From positions 3,410,001-3,474,000 of the forward strand of contig OZ287068.1 in NCBI GenBank assembly GCA_965645245.1: a stretch of DNA of 64,000 bases. The letters are read 5' to 3'. The notes under the pieces are model-generated. The model did no database searches. It saw only the letters and a list, made by a program, of their open reading frames with translations, and had not been told where the DNA came from. The DNA comes from Massalongia carnosa. Its lineage: Eukaryota. Below are positions 62,747 to 64,000 of the stretch, piece by piece. The position numbers and the translations under genes are program-made. Within the stretch, counting starts at the first letter, position 1; each line of letters opens with the position of its first letter.

Positions 62747-64000
62747 TCCCCGCGGTTTCCCTTCCAATGCCAGGGTATCTACCTGCGAGTGACTTTGGAC
62801 ACCTTTGTTGACTTCCAGCGTTCCATACAAACTCTCCCTCTTGTGTTCCTCCCACTGTGCCGACGAGGCGGCAAGGGGCCGTCTCTGCTGCGCGAGTTGA
62901 TCAGACTCTTGCAGTGCCAGAAGGACGGTGCGTAACTCGAGCGGTGGAGCAGTAAAGGCTGAGACCTTCTCTGAAACTTCCTTTGATTGTTCTAGAGAAA
63001 TTCGAGACTCCTTCTCGGATGTCTCCACGAGTTGGAACTCTGTAGGCTTCGAATCGGCCTTTCCCTCGTCCAGTTTAGGTGAAGACTTTCTCTTCTCCTT
63101 AACCCTTCTTACTGCTCCAAGAACCTCGAGAGTTTCATTCTCAGTCCCTTCAGTAGCCAGCAAGGAACGCGCGCTTGGACCATTTTCGGTCTCATCAACG
63201 GAAGAGTCCCCTGATTCATAATCAGTTCCGTTAACATATTCAGGTTCTATGAATCCATGCACAATTGTGCTATCAACAGTGGGCTCCCATTCCATAAAAT
63301 TTCCCCTAGGAGCAGTTACAGGGATACCGGTTATCGACGCAACCACTCACTTCTTCGTCTCGAACTTTTCTTCGAGATTCTCTGTCCCTTGAATGCCCAG
63401 CGACCTCCCTGCCTCTCTGGAAACTACTGCACCGGCTTGATGAGACAAGTTGGGTTCATTTTCAGCATAGTCTAGACGCCTAGAAGGCCCGTCTAGAAGG
63501 CCCGTCCGCAGGATTATAGCGCCCTGGTCGGTATTCAATTACCAAGTTGACTCTCCCACCATCGCCTCTTCGCGATAAATTCTTGGTGGTGAGAAACGTA
63601 CGAAGGTTGCAGTGATTGGTGATCACACGAATGGGATGCATTGCCCCTTCAAGATAGTGTCGCCATTTGCATGCTTCGACGATCGCTAACTTCTCAGTTT
63701 CGCCCACTCCATAATTGAGTTCAGCTGGGGCCATTTTCCTTGACCAAAAGGCGATAGATGCCAGCGTCCAGTTTCTTCGACTAACTGTGATATAATTGCA
63801 GAAATCGCGACTCCTGATGCGTCCGTTTCTAATTGGATTTTCCTCTTCGGGTCGAAGTGCAATAGCATGGGAGCAGTCGTGAAAACTAGTTTTAATTTTT
63901 AGAAGGATTCCTTGGCTTCCTTTGTGAACGAAAACTGGCCGTCGAATTTACTCCTTTTTCCTCCTTTGAGAAGTGTAGTAAGGGCAGTTACTATCCGCGA
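62747..64000 (-). mobile_element. Ty3/Gypsy pol fragment (RT connection, RNase H, long linker), degenerate
   Basis: FTTAPMLLHFD, LETDASGVAISAIISQ, PAELNY..EKLAIVEA..WRHYLEG, IEYRPGRYNPADGPSR; frameshifts. Confidence 0.88.

Noticed and set aside
1..64000. tRNA, rRNA or defined promoter/terminator elements
   Set aside because: None recognisable by eye.

Overview
Eukaryotic DNA, most consistent with a filamentous ascomycete (short GT-AG introns, fungal TE families). It is a transposon graveyard: piggyBac, two pogo/Fot1 and two Tc1/mariner DNA transposons; Gypsy, Copia and tyrosine-recombinase (Ngaro/DIRS-type) retroelements; Tad1-like LINEs (three near full length, two 5'-truncated, one internal fragment); and many solo LTRs, often nested and with readable target-site duplications (TSDs). 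Few non-TE genes are recognisable. (1) An intact 3-exon fungal NLR (HeLo-like N-terminus, NACHT, 13 near-identical 126-bp WD40 repeats with clustered hypervariable codons), 6213-10551 (-). (2) An intact intronless 466-aa ORF that looks like a chymotrypsin-fold protease with a Cys nucleophile (His/Asp/GICGAP), 30412-31812 (-). (3) A caspase-fold (His-Cys dyad) gene carrying two in-frame TAG stops, 41001-42259 (-). (4) A C2H2 zinc-finger exon. The most interesting hypotheses are a cellular 3C-like cysteine protease and a possible NLR/protease cell-death gene neighbourhood; both are inference, not demonstrated. All assignments are by eye from motifs; no searches were run.
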